This document shows positions 55,458 through 64,000 of a DNA stretch of 64,000 nucleotides, in pieces. The notes below the pieces were generated by a model. The model made no database searches, had not been told where the DNA came from, and was given only the letters and a program-made list of their open reading frames with translations. A program made the position numbers and the translations under genes. This stretch comes from a virus: positions 3,937 through 67,936 of IMG/VR virus record IMGVR_UViG_3300017987_000085; one strand, given 5' to 3'. The stretch's first letter is position 1. Every line of letters starts with the position of its first letter.

Positions 55458-55651
55458 GCCGACGACGGAAAGCCATGACGGCCACGGCACAGGTTTTCGA
55501 GTTCATGGCGACGCGGTTGAACTACACGACGGAGCAGATTACCGAGGCAGCGAAGATCTGGAACGCGCGGATTCAAGCAGGCAAGGCAAAGCAAGCAGTC
55601 ACGCAGCTCGACATGATCGAGGCGTTGGAGGGAATCATTGAAGGTTTTTGA
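55454..55651 (+). CDS. Hypothetical protein
   Basis: ATGA coupling to the initiator. Confidence 0.55.
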   Translation: MSRRRKAMTATAQVFEFMATRLNYTTEQITEAAKIWNARIQAGKAKQAVTQLDMIEALEGIIEGF

Positions 55652-55859
55652 TGGGTTGAGTGCGCGAGGGGAAAAGTGGCTTGAGAGCGTGATCAATGAT
55701 TCAGAAGCAAGAAGGGAAGCTTTGAGTGAGTTTAGGGATATTATGGAGCAAGGCGGGGACATCAGGGATCTCGCGCTATGTCGGAATCCGGAATGGGTTC
55801 TCTTACATACGTATCTACTACTCAAAGAGATTGCCGAGTTGGAGAAGTGTCAGTCATGA
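55638..55859 (+). CDS. Hypothetical protein
   Basis: RBS GGAGGG, TTG start. Confidence 0.45.
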   Translation: MKVFDGLSARGEKWLESVINDSEARREALSEFRDIMEQGGDIRDLALCRNPEWVLLHTYLLLKEIAELEKCQS

Positions 55860-55973
55860 GAGGAGACAACTACGGAACATCGGTAACGCGCCAACCGTAA
55901 GGCGCGGGGGGACAGGAACAGATGGGCAGGATCGATATCCCTGCTCAAGGTCTAACAAGCCAAAGGAGGACCG

Positions 55974-57113
55974 ATGAGCGAACAATCCGCAGCCGTGGTT
56001 GATCGATCAGCAACGGCAACCAGCCAACTTGTCAAGTCTGTTGACGAACTGTTGGGGCTCATTCCACAACTGGAGAAGACAGACGAGTTTCATGTACTGT
56101 CAGTGGCGGAAGAATCGGATTTGGCGCGGTTCGATCTTCAGTGCCGGATCTTCGCCAAGCATGGACGAAAGCATGAACTGAAAGACTACCTGTCCGAGTA
56201 CAACCGCCTCGCGGCGCGCAACGGATGGCGGACGATTGAGTACACCAGTCATGCGCACCACATGGCGGACGTCGGCAAACGCTTCCTCGAATCGGAGAAC
56301 TGCACACGAGCCAATCAGAAACGGGCCGGTAAGTCGGCACGGATGACGGAGGACTTCTGGGCACTACCCAAGTCCTACTTCACCGAGGCGTTGGCTGCGG
56401 GTGACAAGTTCTTCGTGGCGCTCGACATGGCGCAGGAGAAGCTTGAGGCACACGTTCGGGATCCGAAGGTGCCGCGGTACACCATCTCGGAGTTCCGCGC
56501 AGCTATTTCCCCGCCGACGAAGTCGTCTTCTCAGACAACGAAGAACGGGCCCCAAACTGTCCGACGCTCGGACAATTCTAGCGAATCTTCGCAGAATTCC
56601 CCAGAGCCGCCAGAATCGGTCGATGACTCTCAGACCCCTTCAGAGCCCATCGATCCTGTAACGGAGCTCTTCGGCCGCGCGCGCGAGGAGCTTGGCGAAG
56701 AACGTCTACAGGAGACGCTCGAGAGGGCTATAACAGGAGTGGGAGAGCCGGAGCCGGCAATTGATGTAGAGGGCGGCGAAGTGGAGGAAGAAGAACTGCC
56801 GACGTCGCAACGAACGTGCTATGGCTGCAGACAGTGCCACGAGGTGCCGATCGGCCAGCGGTTGTCTCTGGCAGAAGTTGATGCAGAAGAGCAGGTCACT
56901 GAAATGCTCGGTCTGTTCGTGCCGTGCCCGGCGTGGTACTGCGCGAAGACACGGCAACTGCTCTCCGTCCATGTTCAACGGCACACGTATGCGCAGTCGG
57001 TTGCGGCGGATTGCGGAGCCTTCGAACTACGCGAGACCGATGAGGACCCCGACGAGCAAACCGAAGGCGGCGAAGAACACGTATCGGTGGACGCGCTCAT
57101 GGGAGAGGGGTGA
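55974..57113 (+). CDS. Hypothetical phage protein with C-terminal Cys cluster
   Basis: RBS AAGGAGG; CYGCRQC...C..YC. Confidence 0.7.
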   Translation: MSEQSAAVVDRSATATSQLVKSVDELLGLIPQLEKTDEFHVLSVAEESDLARFDLQCRIFAKHGRKHELKDYLSEYNRLAARNGWRTIEYTSHAHHMADVGKRFLESENCTRANQKRAGKSARMTEDFWALPKSYFTEALAAGDKFFVALDMAQEKLEAHVRDPKVPRYTISEFRAAISPPTKSSSQTTKNGPQTVRRSDNSSESSQNSPEPPESVDDSQTPSEPIDPVTELFGRAREELGEERLQETLERAITGVGEPEPAIDVEGGEVEEEELPTSQRTCYGCRQCHEVPIGQRLSLAEVDAEEQVTEMLGLFVPCPAWYCAKTRQLLSVHVQRHTYAQSVAADCGAFELRETDEDPDEQTEGGEEHVSVDALMGEG

Positions 57114-57120
57114 GCCTGCG

Positions 57121-57594
57121 ATGGGCGCCGCATCTACATTCGCAACGATACCGAAACCAAAGAGCCCGCTCGAGGCGCTGTTTCTGCTTGCCGTCCGTGC
57201 GCATCGAGTGCCACAGCCTGTGGAGGAGTACCGGTTTGCGGCCATGCAGGTTGGGGGGCCTGGCCGAGGCCTGCGTAGGCGTCTTGCGGCAGCGAGGCTT
57301 CGGGATTGGCGGTTTGACTTCGCTTGGCCGTCGGTCAAGGTCGCTGTGGAATGTGAAGGTGGCATCTGGAACCGAGGGCGACACACTCGCGCCCTCGGAT
57401 ACACCGGCGACTGTGAAAAGTACAACGCCGCGGCAGCGCTCGGATGGACTGTGATCCGCGTGACGAGTTCGATGCTCGCCAGGGATCCGCATAGCGTGTG
57501 TAAGACTCTGCGGCAGATGCTCAAGGAAAGGGGCTATTGTGACCAAAGCAAAAGGGTTGGTGTTGCGGGAGAGACCTACGGAGACGCCGCTTGA
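57121..57594 (+). CDS. DUF559/Vsr-like PD-(D/E)xK endonuclease
   Basis: EYRF...WRFDFAWP..KVAVECEGGIW..GRH...DCEKYNAA..LGW. Confidence 0.85.
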   Translation: MGAASTFATIPKPKSPLEALFLLAVRAHRVPQPVEEYRFAAMQVGGPGRGLRRRLAAARLRDWRFDFAWPSVKVAVECEGGIWNRGRHTRALGYTGDCEKYNAAAALGWTVIRVTSSMLARDPHSVCKTLRQMLKERGYCDQSKRVGVAGETYGDAA

Positions 57595-57991
57595 TCTTCG
57601 ACGCATTGCGCCTGAAGTGGTTCACAGCGCAGAGAGAGAGTTGCTAGATGGCGACGAAGAGGTCGTGCAGACCAAGGAACCGAAGGGAATCCGTGCCCCC
57701 GCGCGGGCACGAAGAAAGCGCGCCGTGTTCAGGTTCTCCACACCCGGACGGGTGTGTGGGTGAGAGGGTGAATCTCGTCATGGAGGAGGCGCGGAAATGA
57801 CAAAGGGTTTGCCGATTCGAATTCGCCGTGTTTCCAATGATGGGTTTGTGGTTGAGGTGGATACAACAGGGGGTCACGTTGGGTTCGCTGGCGCTAGCGT
57901 CTTGGGCGAGATCGCAGGAAGCAGCGTTCGAAACGATAGAGCCGTTGCTGGATTACCTTCGACAGTACTTCGGTGATGAGGAGGCAAGCGA

Positions 57992-58999
57992 ATGAATCTC
58001 GTCATCGCAACGCCGATTCGGGACCGTGCATGGGCATTGCCGTCATGGTGGACGCATGTGGTGGCTGCGAGTAGCAACGCAGTCAGGAGTGGAGACGACA
58101 TCCAGTTCCTCTTCCTCGAGAATGATTCCGTAGACGGAACATTGGAAAAGCTCCAAGAGATTGGCGAAGACGATCCGGACGTACGGGTGCTCAAGCACGA
58201 CTTCGGCTACGCGCACTACCGCGCGCCGCGGGGATCCGATCCGGTGAACACCAAGAATGACAAGAGCGAGCTGGCGCAGCTTCGGAATATGCTTGTCGAT
58301 GCGTTCCTCGAGACCGATGCGGACTATCTCGTGATGTGGGACTCCGATGTTTGGATGCCGCTTGATGCGATCTCGGCGCATCCACGATCGCTCGTGTCAG
58401 TGATGGAAGCTCATCCGGAGATCGGCACGCTCTGTGCTGATGTTCAGCACCCACATTGCGGAGGCCGGTATCACAACGGGATGGTGCTGAACAGCCTGGG
58501 CCAGCTCAATCATCCCGATCGAACGCGATCGATCCCACCAAACGCTGCGCTTGATGTGTGGTGTGAGAAGAAGGGGGCTCTCTTCCGGCCACAGCGGTCC
58601 CTGCTTCTTTGCTGGGATCAGCGCGCCGCGCGCTATAGTGATCTCATTCCCGAAACGCTTTACCTCGCTGAAGTAGCGACTACTGGCGGCGGCGGCGCAG
58701 CGATTCTCCGGAGATCGGTCTTTGAGGAACCAATTGGTGCGCGGTATGCGGCACACATTCTTGGCGAGGATGTCAATCTCTGCCGGACGATTCACAACGC
58801 GGGCCAGAAGGTGGCCTTGTACTCGGGTATTCGCGGCTTGCACCTCTCGCGCAAGCTCTTTGACGAAGTAGGTGGAGAGATCGGGCTTGAACCGGAAGAA
58901 CCGGACCTGCCATCGCCTTACATATCGGGCAAAACTCTCTTCGGTGTGTGGGTCGAGGATTGGAAGAGGGAGAGAAGATGCGCTCAGAGCATAAGCTAA
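57992..58999 (+). CDS. GT-A fold glycosyltransferase (family 2-like)
   Basis: IATPIRDRAW, LENDSVDGT, LAQLRN, DYLVMWDSD, GEDVNLC. Confidence 0.8.
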   Translation: MNLVIATPIRDRAWALPSWWTHVVAASSNAVRSGDDIQFLFLENDSVDGTLEKLQEIGEDDPDVRVLKHDFGYAHYRAPRGSDPVNTKNDKSELAQLRNMLVDAFLETDADYLVMWDSDVWMPLDAISAHPRSLVSVMEAHPEIGTLCADVQHPHCGGRYHNGMVLNSLGQLNHPDRTRSIPPNAALDVWCEKKGALFRPQRSLLLCWDQRAARYSDLIPETLYLAEVATTGGGGAAILRRSVFEEPIGARYAAHILGEDVNLCRTIHNAGQKVALYSGIRGLHLSRKLFDEVGGEIGLEPEEPDLPSPYISGKTLFGVWVEDWKRERRCAQSIS

Positions 59000-59085
59000 A
59001 AAGGAAGGGGGTCGCCATGTGACGCACTCAAAGGGATAGCGCTATCCGCCGGCTGCTGCTTTTGAGCTTGCGCGGTGGCCGGCAG

Positions 59086-59114
59086 TTGACACGCGGCCAA
59101 ACGATGGCTAAGGT
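59086..59114 (+). promoter_or_regulatory. sigma70-type promoter
   Basis: TTGACA-17-TAAGGT. Confidence 0.5.
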
Positions 59115-59168
59115 GGGGCACAGCGACAAGGAAGCATCTCCGGGTGGGAGATGGGGGGAGAGGAACAC

Positions 59169-59690
59169 GTGAGCACCGGCGATCCCGTTCGCCATGGGCG
59201 CTTTCATCGTTCAGTCCGTGATCTCATCGCGGCTGCTGGTGCGTGTGATGAGAGGGCAATGGTCGATCTTCTCCGGATGATCGATGATGATCTGAAGCGT
59301 GTTCTTGCGGCGAATCTCAACAACGTAGGGTTGCTCGAGGAAACGCTGCAGGATGTGCATGTCCGGATCTTCATCTATCTGCGCCACCAACGCTTTTCCC
59401 TTCCAGACGATGCGACCGATGCAACCTGCCGTGAGTTCCTGCGCCGTTGGGCAACCAATGGGGCACGGAACTGGGCTCGGCATGTGAATCGTTATGGCTT
59501 AGTCACAACACAAGGGCGTTACACGGTGCCCGGATGGGCGATGCCGACGCCACCTCCACGTCGACCGATTGCACCTGTGATGTCGATCGAGGGCGACTTC
59601 GAAGGTCTTGAAGGTGAAGGGTCTGAGGATCGCCTCGACCGTATGGCGTTCCGTGCTAGGCGGGCACATGGGTCGGCGAAGGTGACGTAA
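59169..59690 (+). CDS. ECF-type sigma factor region-2-only protein
   Basis: DLIAAAGACDERAMVDLL...LEETLQDVHVRIF...F...FLRRWATNGARN; no region-4 HTH before the stop. Confidence 0.7.
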   Translation: MSTGDPVRHGRFHRSVRDLIAAAGACDERAMVDLLRMIDDDLKRVLAANLNNVGLLEETLQDVHVRIFIYLRHQRFSLPDDATDATCREFLRRWATNGARNWARHVNRYGLVTTQGRYTVPGWAMPTPPPRRPIAPVMSIEGDFEGLEGEGSEDRLDRMAFRARRAHGSAKVT

Positions 59691-61069
59691 TGCGATCGAC
59701 GGTCGAAAGCAGTGCAGCACGCGAGGAATTCAGGCGAGAACTACACCAGATGATCGACGAGGAGGGCCCAGACTACGCCGAGCTCTGCGGTATTCCGCTT
59801 TCAGATGTGTTTGATGCTTTGATCGAGACGTATACGCCACAGGGCAATGAGGGGGCGCTGGCCGAGCTGTGGGGATGCACACCGATGGTTGCATTCGAAA
59901 GGATCCGGGTGGATCTGCCGCGGTTGCTCAATCGCCTGCCGCGGTTACTGAGCGCATTGACTCGGGCAGCAGGAGTGCCACCCGAGGTGCTGATGAAGGG
60001 GGCAACAACGATGAATGAAACACAGCGCAACGATCTCGTTCGCAGTGCGCTGACGAAGATCGACGAGATTCGAGATTCGATACCGGCGTCTGAGATTCTC
60101 GTGGAGTTCACGGGGTCAGTGGAAAGCCTTGTCTTGCTCCACCTTGTGAAGCGGACATACCACAACCGGATCCGAATGGGGTTGCTGTTCCTGGCGCGTC
60201 TTGATTCAGCGTGGGCGCCCGTGGGGGACTATCTCGAGGAGACAACGCAGATGTTCGGGCTGACGCCGATTGAGCCGCACAACGAACAGGCATTCCAGAC
60301 GCGGGTGTGGACGGCAGACTCCAAGTTCTTGGAAGCGGTTCGCGAGAGGGTTGGTCCCGGGAAGGATGGCGAAGGCTACCGAGTGGTCCTTCGTGCGACG
60401 AAGCGCGATCGTGTGCTTGACTCTGGCGAAACGTTCAATGCTGACGGTATGGAGACACGGATTGTGCTCGGAGATTGGCCGGCGGAGGGTTTCCTCGCCT
60501 ATGCCGATTGGCACCAGCTGGTATTGCTCGATGCTGCGAAGACGGCGTTACGTTACGATCAACGGGTTGTAGCAGCTCGGACGCTAGATGGCATTGAGCC
60601 ATTCGTTGCGGCGTGGCCATGGGACAAGGATGTGCCAACAAACGCCGAGTCGTTGATCGAGCAGACAACGGAAGCCCCACGGCTGCCGGGAGAGTTGGTG
60701 CTGCTTGGTCTGCCGGCGCGATCGCAGGTTCTACATGAGCGTTATCAAGAGCTCATAGCGATGGCGTCTATGGAGAATGACTCAGTGCCTTTGGTGTTGG
60801 CTGATGCCATTCGCGTGATCGGTCGCTTCATCGCAGCGTTCATCGGCGAGACTGATCCATTTCCTGAATTACCAGTGGATCTGACTAAGGAGAGCCCGAC
60901 CGACGTCGAGACGTCTGAGCCGGAAGTCGAGGAAGCAATTGCAGAGCCCACGGACAGCACCTACGGCTATACCCGAGACAGCAACGGGCGCTGGCGCAAG
61001 GATGGTGCCTACGTTGCAGCCAGCAAGGTGCCAGAGGGCGTCAAGCAGACGCTAGGAGGCAAGTCATGA
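59690..61069 (+). CDS. Sigma region-4-like N-terminus fused to a degenerate PP-loop (PAPS-reductase-like) domain; possible internal start at 60011
   Basis: EEFRRELHQMIDE...ALAELWGCTPMVAFERIR; ILVEFTGSVESLVLLHLV. Confidence 0.55.
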   Translation: MRSTVESSAAREEFRRELHQMIDEEGPDYAELCGIPLSDVFDALIETYTPQGNEGALAELWGCTPMVAFERIRVDLPRLLNRLPRLLSALTRAAGVPPEVLMKGATTMNETQRNDLVRSALTKIDEIRDSIPASEILVEFTGSVESLVLLHLVKRTYHNRIRMGLLFLARLDSAWAPVGDYLEETTQMFGLTPIEPHNEQAFQTRVWTADSKFLEAVRERVGPGKDGEGYRVVLRATKRDRVLDSGETFNADGMETRIVLGDWPAEGFLAYADWHQLVLLDAAKTALRYDQRVVAARTLDGIEPFVAAWPWDKDVPTNAESLIEQTTEAPRLPGELVLLGLPARSQVLHERYQELIAMASMENDSVPLVLADAIRVIGRFIAAFIGETDPFPELPVDLTKESPTDVETSEPEVEEAIAEPTDSTYGYTRDSNGRWRKDGAYVAASKVPEGVKQTLGGKS

Positions 61070-61239
61070 GATTCTCGATTCTCGGGCTTGTCTTGCTTCT
61101 CTGGTTTTGGCCGAGTTGGATTGTAGCGTTCCTCTGTCGCTACGGCGGCGGCTCGTGGAAGGGATCGGTTCTCTTCGGCCTCCTTTGGCCGATTGCGCTC
61201 ACGATCGAGGGCGTCAAGGTATGGCGACGTCGGCGATGA
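61066..61239 (+). CDS. Small membrane protein
   Basis: RBS AGGAGG; MRFSILGLVLLLWFWPSWIVAFL...LFGLLWPIAL. Confidence 0.55.
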   Translation: MRFSILGLVLLLWFWPSWIVAFLCRYGGGSWKGSVLFGLLWPIALTIEGVKVWRRRR

Positions 61240-61409
61240 AGCTGCTGTTGATCCGCTGTCAGAAGTGCGGCACTGAATCGTGGACTCAGGAGAAGCCCCG
61301 ACGTGGTTGGCGGTGCTCGTGCGGATCCAAAGAGGGCTGGGTGGTCAGTCTGGCGAGGCGGGCGTTGAGGAATCTGCGAATTGGTGGTGGCCAGGAAAGA
61401 GTGTTATGA
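61236..61409 (+). CDS. Small Zn-ribbon protein
   Basis: CQKCG...CSCGS; ATGA coupling. Confidence 0.45.
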   Translation: MKLLLIRCQKCGTESWTQEKPRRGWRCSCGSKEGWVVSLARRALRNLRIGGGQERVL

Positions 61410-61736
61410 GATACTTGAGATGGCACTTTCCCATTGTACGGCTTCTCGATAGAGTTCGTCTTCAGTTGGCAAGTCGACACGTTCTCGCTGTGTTTGTGCC
61501 CGGCAGATCAGATCGAGCAAACGTGATACAGAGATGCAGAACTCGGCCGCCCATTCATCGAGTCGTTTGGCTGATGAATTGCTTCGGGTTCGTAGTTGGG
61601 TTCGTTTGTATCGTGGAACTGCAAGCCATTCTTGCCAGCAGTCCATGGTGGGAGATATCCAATCAGAGCCGATGTACAACTTTTCGGCACGAATTCGGTC
61701 GTAGATGTGTTCCGCAAGCCCGGTGATGTTTGACAT
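61404..61736 (-). CDS. Hypothetical protein with its own consensus promoter
   Basis: RBS TAAGGAGGT; TTGACA-17-TATAAT upstream. Confidence 0.7.
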   Translation of the reverse strand: MSNITGLAEHIYDRIRAEKLYIGSDWISPTMDCWQEWLAVPRYKRTQLRTRSNSSAKRLDEWAAEFCISVSRLLDLICRAQTQRERVDLPTEDELYREAVQWESAISSIS

Positions 61737-61755
61737 GATAACCTCCTTACAATGT

Positions 61756-61818
61756 ATTATAGGTGTCCATGCTCGGATTGTCAAGACTCTTGACAATGTT
61801 GGGATGAGCTAATACAAT
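61756..61818. promoter_or_regulatory. Back-to-back divergent sigma70 promoters
   Basis: Left TTGACA-17-TATAAT; right TTGACA-17-TACAAT; -35 boxes form palindrome ATTGTCAAG-act-CTTGACAAT. Confidence 0.85.
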
Positions 61819-61840
61819 ATGTGTATAAAGGAGGGTTAGA

Positions 61841-62245
61841 ATGAAACTTCTCACGCAGGAGGTACTGAAAAAGTTCGCCAAGTTTGGACCCTACTCGCAG
61901 GACGGGAAAGGAAACGATGCGGAGATTCTCGTCAAGTTTTTCACGCCGGACAGCTCGTGGTCATGGTTCGTGCTTGAGGCAGAACAGGTGCCGTGTGACA
62001 TCGAGGGTGGATACGACCTCGACTTATTCGGGATTGTCCGAAGCCATATGGAGACGGTGTACGGACACTTTTCATTCCGCGAGCTTGAAGCAGTGCGTGG
62101 TCCGCTTGGGCTGCGAATCGAGCGCGATCGGCACTTCCACATCAAAACGGTTGGTGAACTGCGACAGTCGACGGAGATTCCATCGGGTGCCTTGGACTGG
62201 TTAGACAAGAGGACAGTCGAAGAAACTACGGAGGTGGCATTGTGA
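61841..62245 (+). CDS. DUF2958 domain protein
   Basis: VKFFTPDSSWSWFVLE...LFG...GHFSFRELEAVRGPLGLRIERDRHF. Confidence 0.85.
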   Translation: MKLLTQEVLKKFAKFGPYSQDGKGNDAEILVKFFTPDSSWSWFVLEAEQVPCDIEGGYDLDLFGIVRSHMETVYGHFSFRELEAVRGPLGLRIERDRHFHIKTVGELRQSTEIPSGALDWLDKRTVEETTEVAL

Positions 62246-62679
62246 AGGAACCTTGTTTGTCTGTGAAGCAACCGTATGCATGGGCGATAGTAGCTGGTTT
62301 GAAGGATATTGAGAATCGGAATTGGCGGACAAGCTACCGAGGCGTGTTGGCCATTCACGCTTCGTCTCGCTTTGCGAGCGCGGAGGGTATCGATGAAGTT
62401 CGGCGACGTGCTAAGGAAGCGGGGATTGAGATGCCGCAAATTGAGCATATGCCACGCCAGGGGGTTATTGGAACGGTTGAAGCGGTTGCTGTCGTGTCTC
62501 CTGATCAGACGGATTCTGTCTGGGCAGATCCGGATGCGGTGGCTTGCTTCGTTTTGCGCAATCCGCGCGAAACGACATTTCGTCCTATACGAGGCAGGCC
62601 AGGAATCTTCGATGCTCGGGAACCAAAGCTGCGCCGAGCGTTGAAAACGTCTGAATGCCTCAATCAGCTAGCCGGATGA
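62242..62679 (+). CDS. ASCH domain protein
   Basis: LSVKQPYAWAIVAGLKDIENRNWRTSYRGVLAIHAS...RGRPGIF. Confidence 0.9.
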   Translation: MKEPCLSVKQPYAWAIVAGLKDIENRNWRTSYRGVLAIHASSRFASAEGIDEVRRRAKEAGIEMPQIEHMPRQGVIGTVEAVAVVSPDQTDSVWADPDAVACFVLRNPRETTFRPIRGRPGIFDAREPKLRRALKTSECLNQLAG

Positions 62680-63359
62680 GCGATCGATCGAAACTGGCTG
62701 CGGCGCGCGGCGTCCTGAAGTGGCTGAAGGGGCAGACATGTTGTGTGGGCCTCGCTTTTTCAGGCGGAAAGGATTCGTTGTGTTCTCTAGATTTGCTGAT
62801 CAAGGAAGGATTTAAGGTTGTTCCATACTATCTGTACAGGGTGGCGGGTCTTGAGATCACAAATCGCCTGTGTGCTTTGGCAGAAGTTCGATATGGCGTC
62901 GAGGTTGTCAGATTGTCCCACTTTGATTTGGCGCATCGTTACCGCAATGCCGTCCTGCAGCCCCATTGGGTAGAATTGGACGGCGTGGTGCCCGCGTTGA
63001 ATATGAGGGCGATCGATGACTATATGAGGTCAACGTATGACCTTGAGTGGCTGGTGTATGGATGGCGGCGATCGGATTCGCTTTCTCGTGGTCTTACATT
63101 AGCGAGTAATCATGGGATGGACCCTGCGGGTGGGCGTGTTTTCCCGCTTGCGCGGTGGAACCGCCAGGATGTACTTGCCTACCTGAAGTTGGTCGGCATT
63201 CCGCAACCGCCGTCATTTGGATTGAATGAGCAGGGCGGAGTGGACTTTCGGCCAGTTGCGCTTGCTTATCTAAAGGAGAGATTTCCCAATGACTACGCCA
63301 AAATCAAAGAGTGTTTCCCCTTTGTCGAAACGCAGACCGGACGAGCTCCAACCATTTGA
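62676..63359 (+). CDS. PAPS-reductase-family (PP-loop) protein
   Basis: LAFSGGKDSLCSLDL, YGWRRSDSLSR, VFPLARW, YLKERFPNDY. Confidence 0.85.
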   Translation: MSDRSKLAAARGVLKWLKGQTCCVGLAFSGGKDSLCSLDLLIKEGFKVVPYYLYRVAGLEITNRLCALAEVRYGVEVVRLSHFDLAHRYRNAVLQPHWVELDGVVPALNMRAIDDYMRSTYDLEWLVYGWRRSDSLSRGLTLASNHGMDPAGGRVFPLARWNRQDVLAYLKLVGIPQPPSFGLNEQGGVDFRPVALAYLKERFPNDYAKIKECFPFVETQTGRAPTI

Positions 63360-64000
63360 AGTTGAGACTGTGCATCGGAGCGCGATCACTCCGGATGAAC
63401 GAAACCCGAGACAATTGGATTCCTACGCCCGGAAGCGACTCCATTCGGATCTGGATCGATTCAAGTTGGTCGACCTGATCATTGCGAATCGTCGAACAGG
63501 GAAGGTGGTGGGCGGGCACCAGCGTTTGGAGTGGCTTGACCGGCAGCATCAGGACGAGGATTACGATCTCAAGGTTGCGTGGATTGACTTACCAGACGAG
63601 GATGCCGCTGAGTTGATGATCATCCTGAACAACCGAGCAGCGATGGGGGACTGGGACACTTTGGAATTGGAGCGTCTCGTTGCTTCGTTGGATGTCGATC
63701 CGGTGAAGGATTTGAAGTTTGCACCACTCGATGTAGAAGCGTTGATGCCTGGTCTGGGTTCGTTTGATGAATTGCCCGACGCAATCGCTGACGATGTTGG
63801 AAAGATCAAGGAGATCAAAGAGGCTAACCGAGAGAGGAGGCGGGAAGGCAAAGAGAAGAAGCAGCGAGAGGCAGATTCAGAGACCTATGTCGTTGCTTGC
63901 TTTGACGATCGACCAACCAAGAATCGATTGTTGGCGTTTCTGAATTTGCCGGATGACGAACGCTATATCGATGGATCTCTTCTGCTTGATGCAATAGGCA
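63289..64000 (+). CDS. ParB/Srx-like N-terminal domain protein (3' partial)
   Basis: TVHRSAITPDERNPR...L..FKLVDLIIANRRTGKVVGGHQRL...LNN..AMGDWD; open to the window end. Confidence 0.8.
   Translation, partial: MTTPKSKSVSPLSKRRPDELQPFEVETVHRSAITPDERNPRQLDSYARKRLHSDLDRFKLVDLIIANRRTGKVVGGHQRLEWLDRQHQDEDYDLKVAWIDLPDEDAAELMIILNNRAAMGDWDTLELERLVASLDVDPVKDLKFAPLDVEALMPGLGSFDELPDAIADDVGKIKEIKEANRERRREGKEKKQREADSETYVVACFDDRPTKNRLLAFLNLPDDERYIDGSLLLDAIG

Larger units (their letters stand above)
1..64000 (+). mobile_element. Myovirus-type temperate phage genome segment, probable phage-plasmid (both ends lie outside the window)
   Basis: Capsid-neck-sheath-tube-tape measure-baseplate gene order; ParA cassette; phage-type initiator; no host housekeeping genes; no integrase seen. 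Confidence 0.93.

Noticed and set aside
1-64000. Integrase, terminase, portal, DNA polymerase, or alternative genetic code
   Set aside because: No motifs found for these genes; ORFs are long and coupled under the standard code with all three stops used

Overview
The whole window (about 59% GC, almost all genes on the + strand) looks like most of a temperate myovirus genome, probably a phage-plasmid: it carries a ParA plus adaptor partition cassette with 8-bp iterons and an iteron-containing initiator with a DnaA_N domain, and no integrase is visible. Layout: (1) 0.6-8.5 kb glycan/phospho(no)-modification cluster: two GT-B-type glycosyltransferases, two hexapeptide acyltransferases, a LicD-type transferase, PhnD and PhnE without PhnC, a P-loop kinase, an NTP transferase, a Gly-rich micropeptide and an SDR epimerase. 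(2) 8.5-21 kb accessory ORFs with a MuF-JAB head protein. (3) 21-43 kb head, neck, contractile tail, baseplate and fibre genes. (4) 43-47 kb membrane/lysis-region genes and a metallophosphoesterase. (5) 47-58 kb partition, regulation and replication. (6) 58-64 kb glycosyltransferase, an apparently split ECF sigma factor, DUF2958, ASCH, PAPS-reductase-like and ParB-like genes. Terminase and portal are not in the window. Top candidates for new biology: a lic-operon-like phosphonate import-activate-transfer cassette, three tRNA-like RNAs with oversized central inserts, the split sigma factor, a +1 tail-chaperone frameshift and a micro-ORF array with a conserved junction motif. All calls are by motif recognition only; no database search was run.
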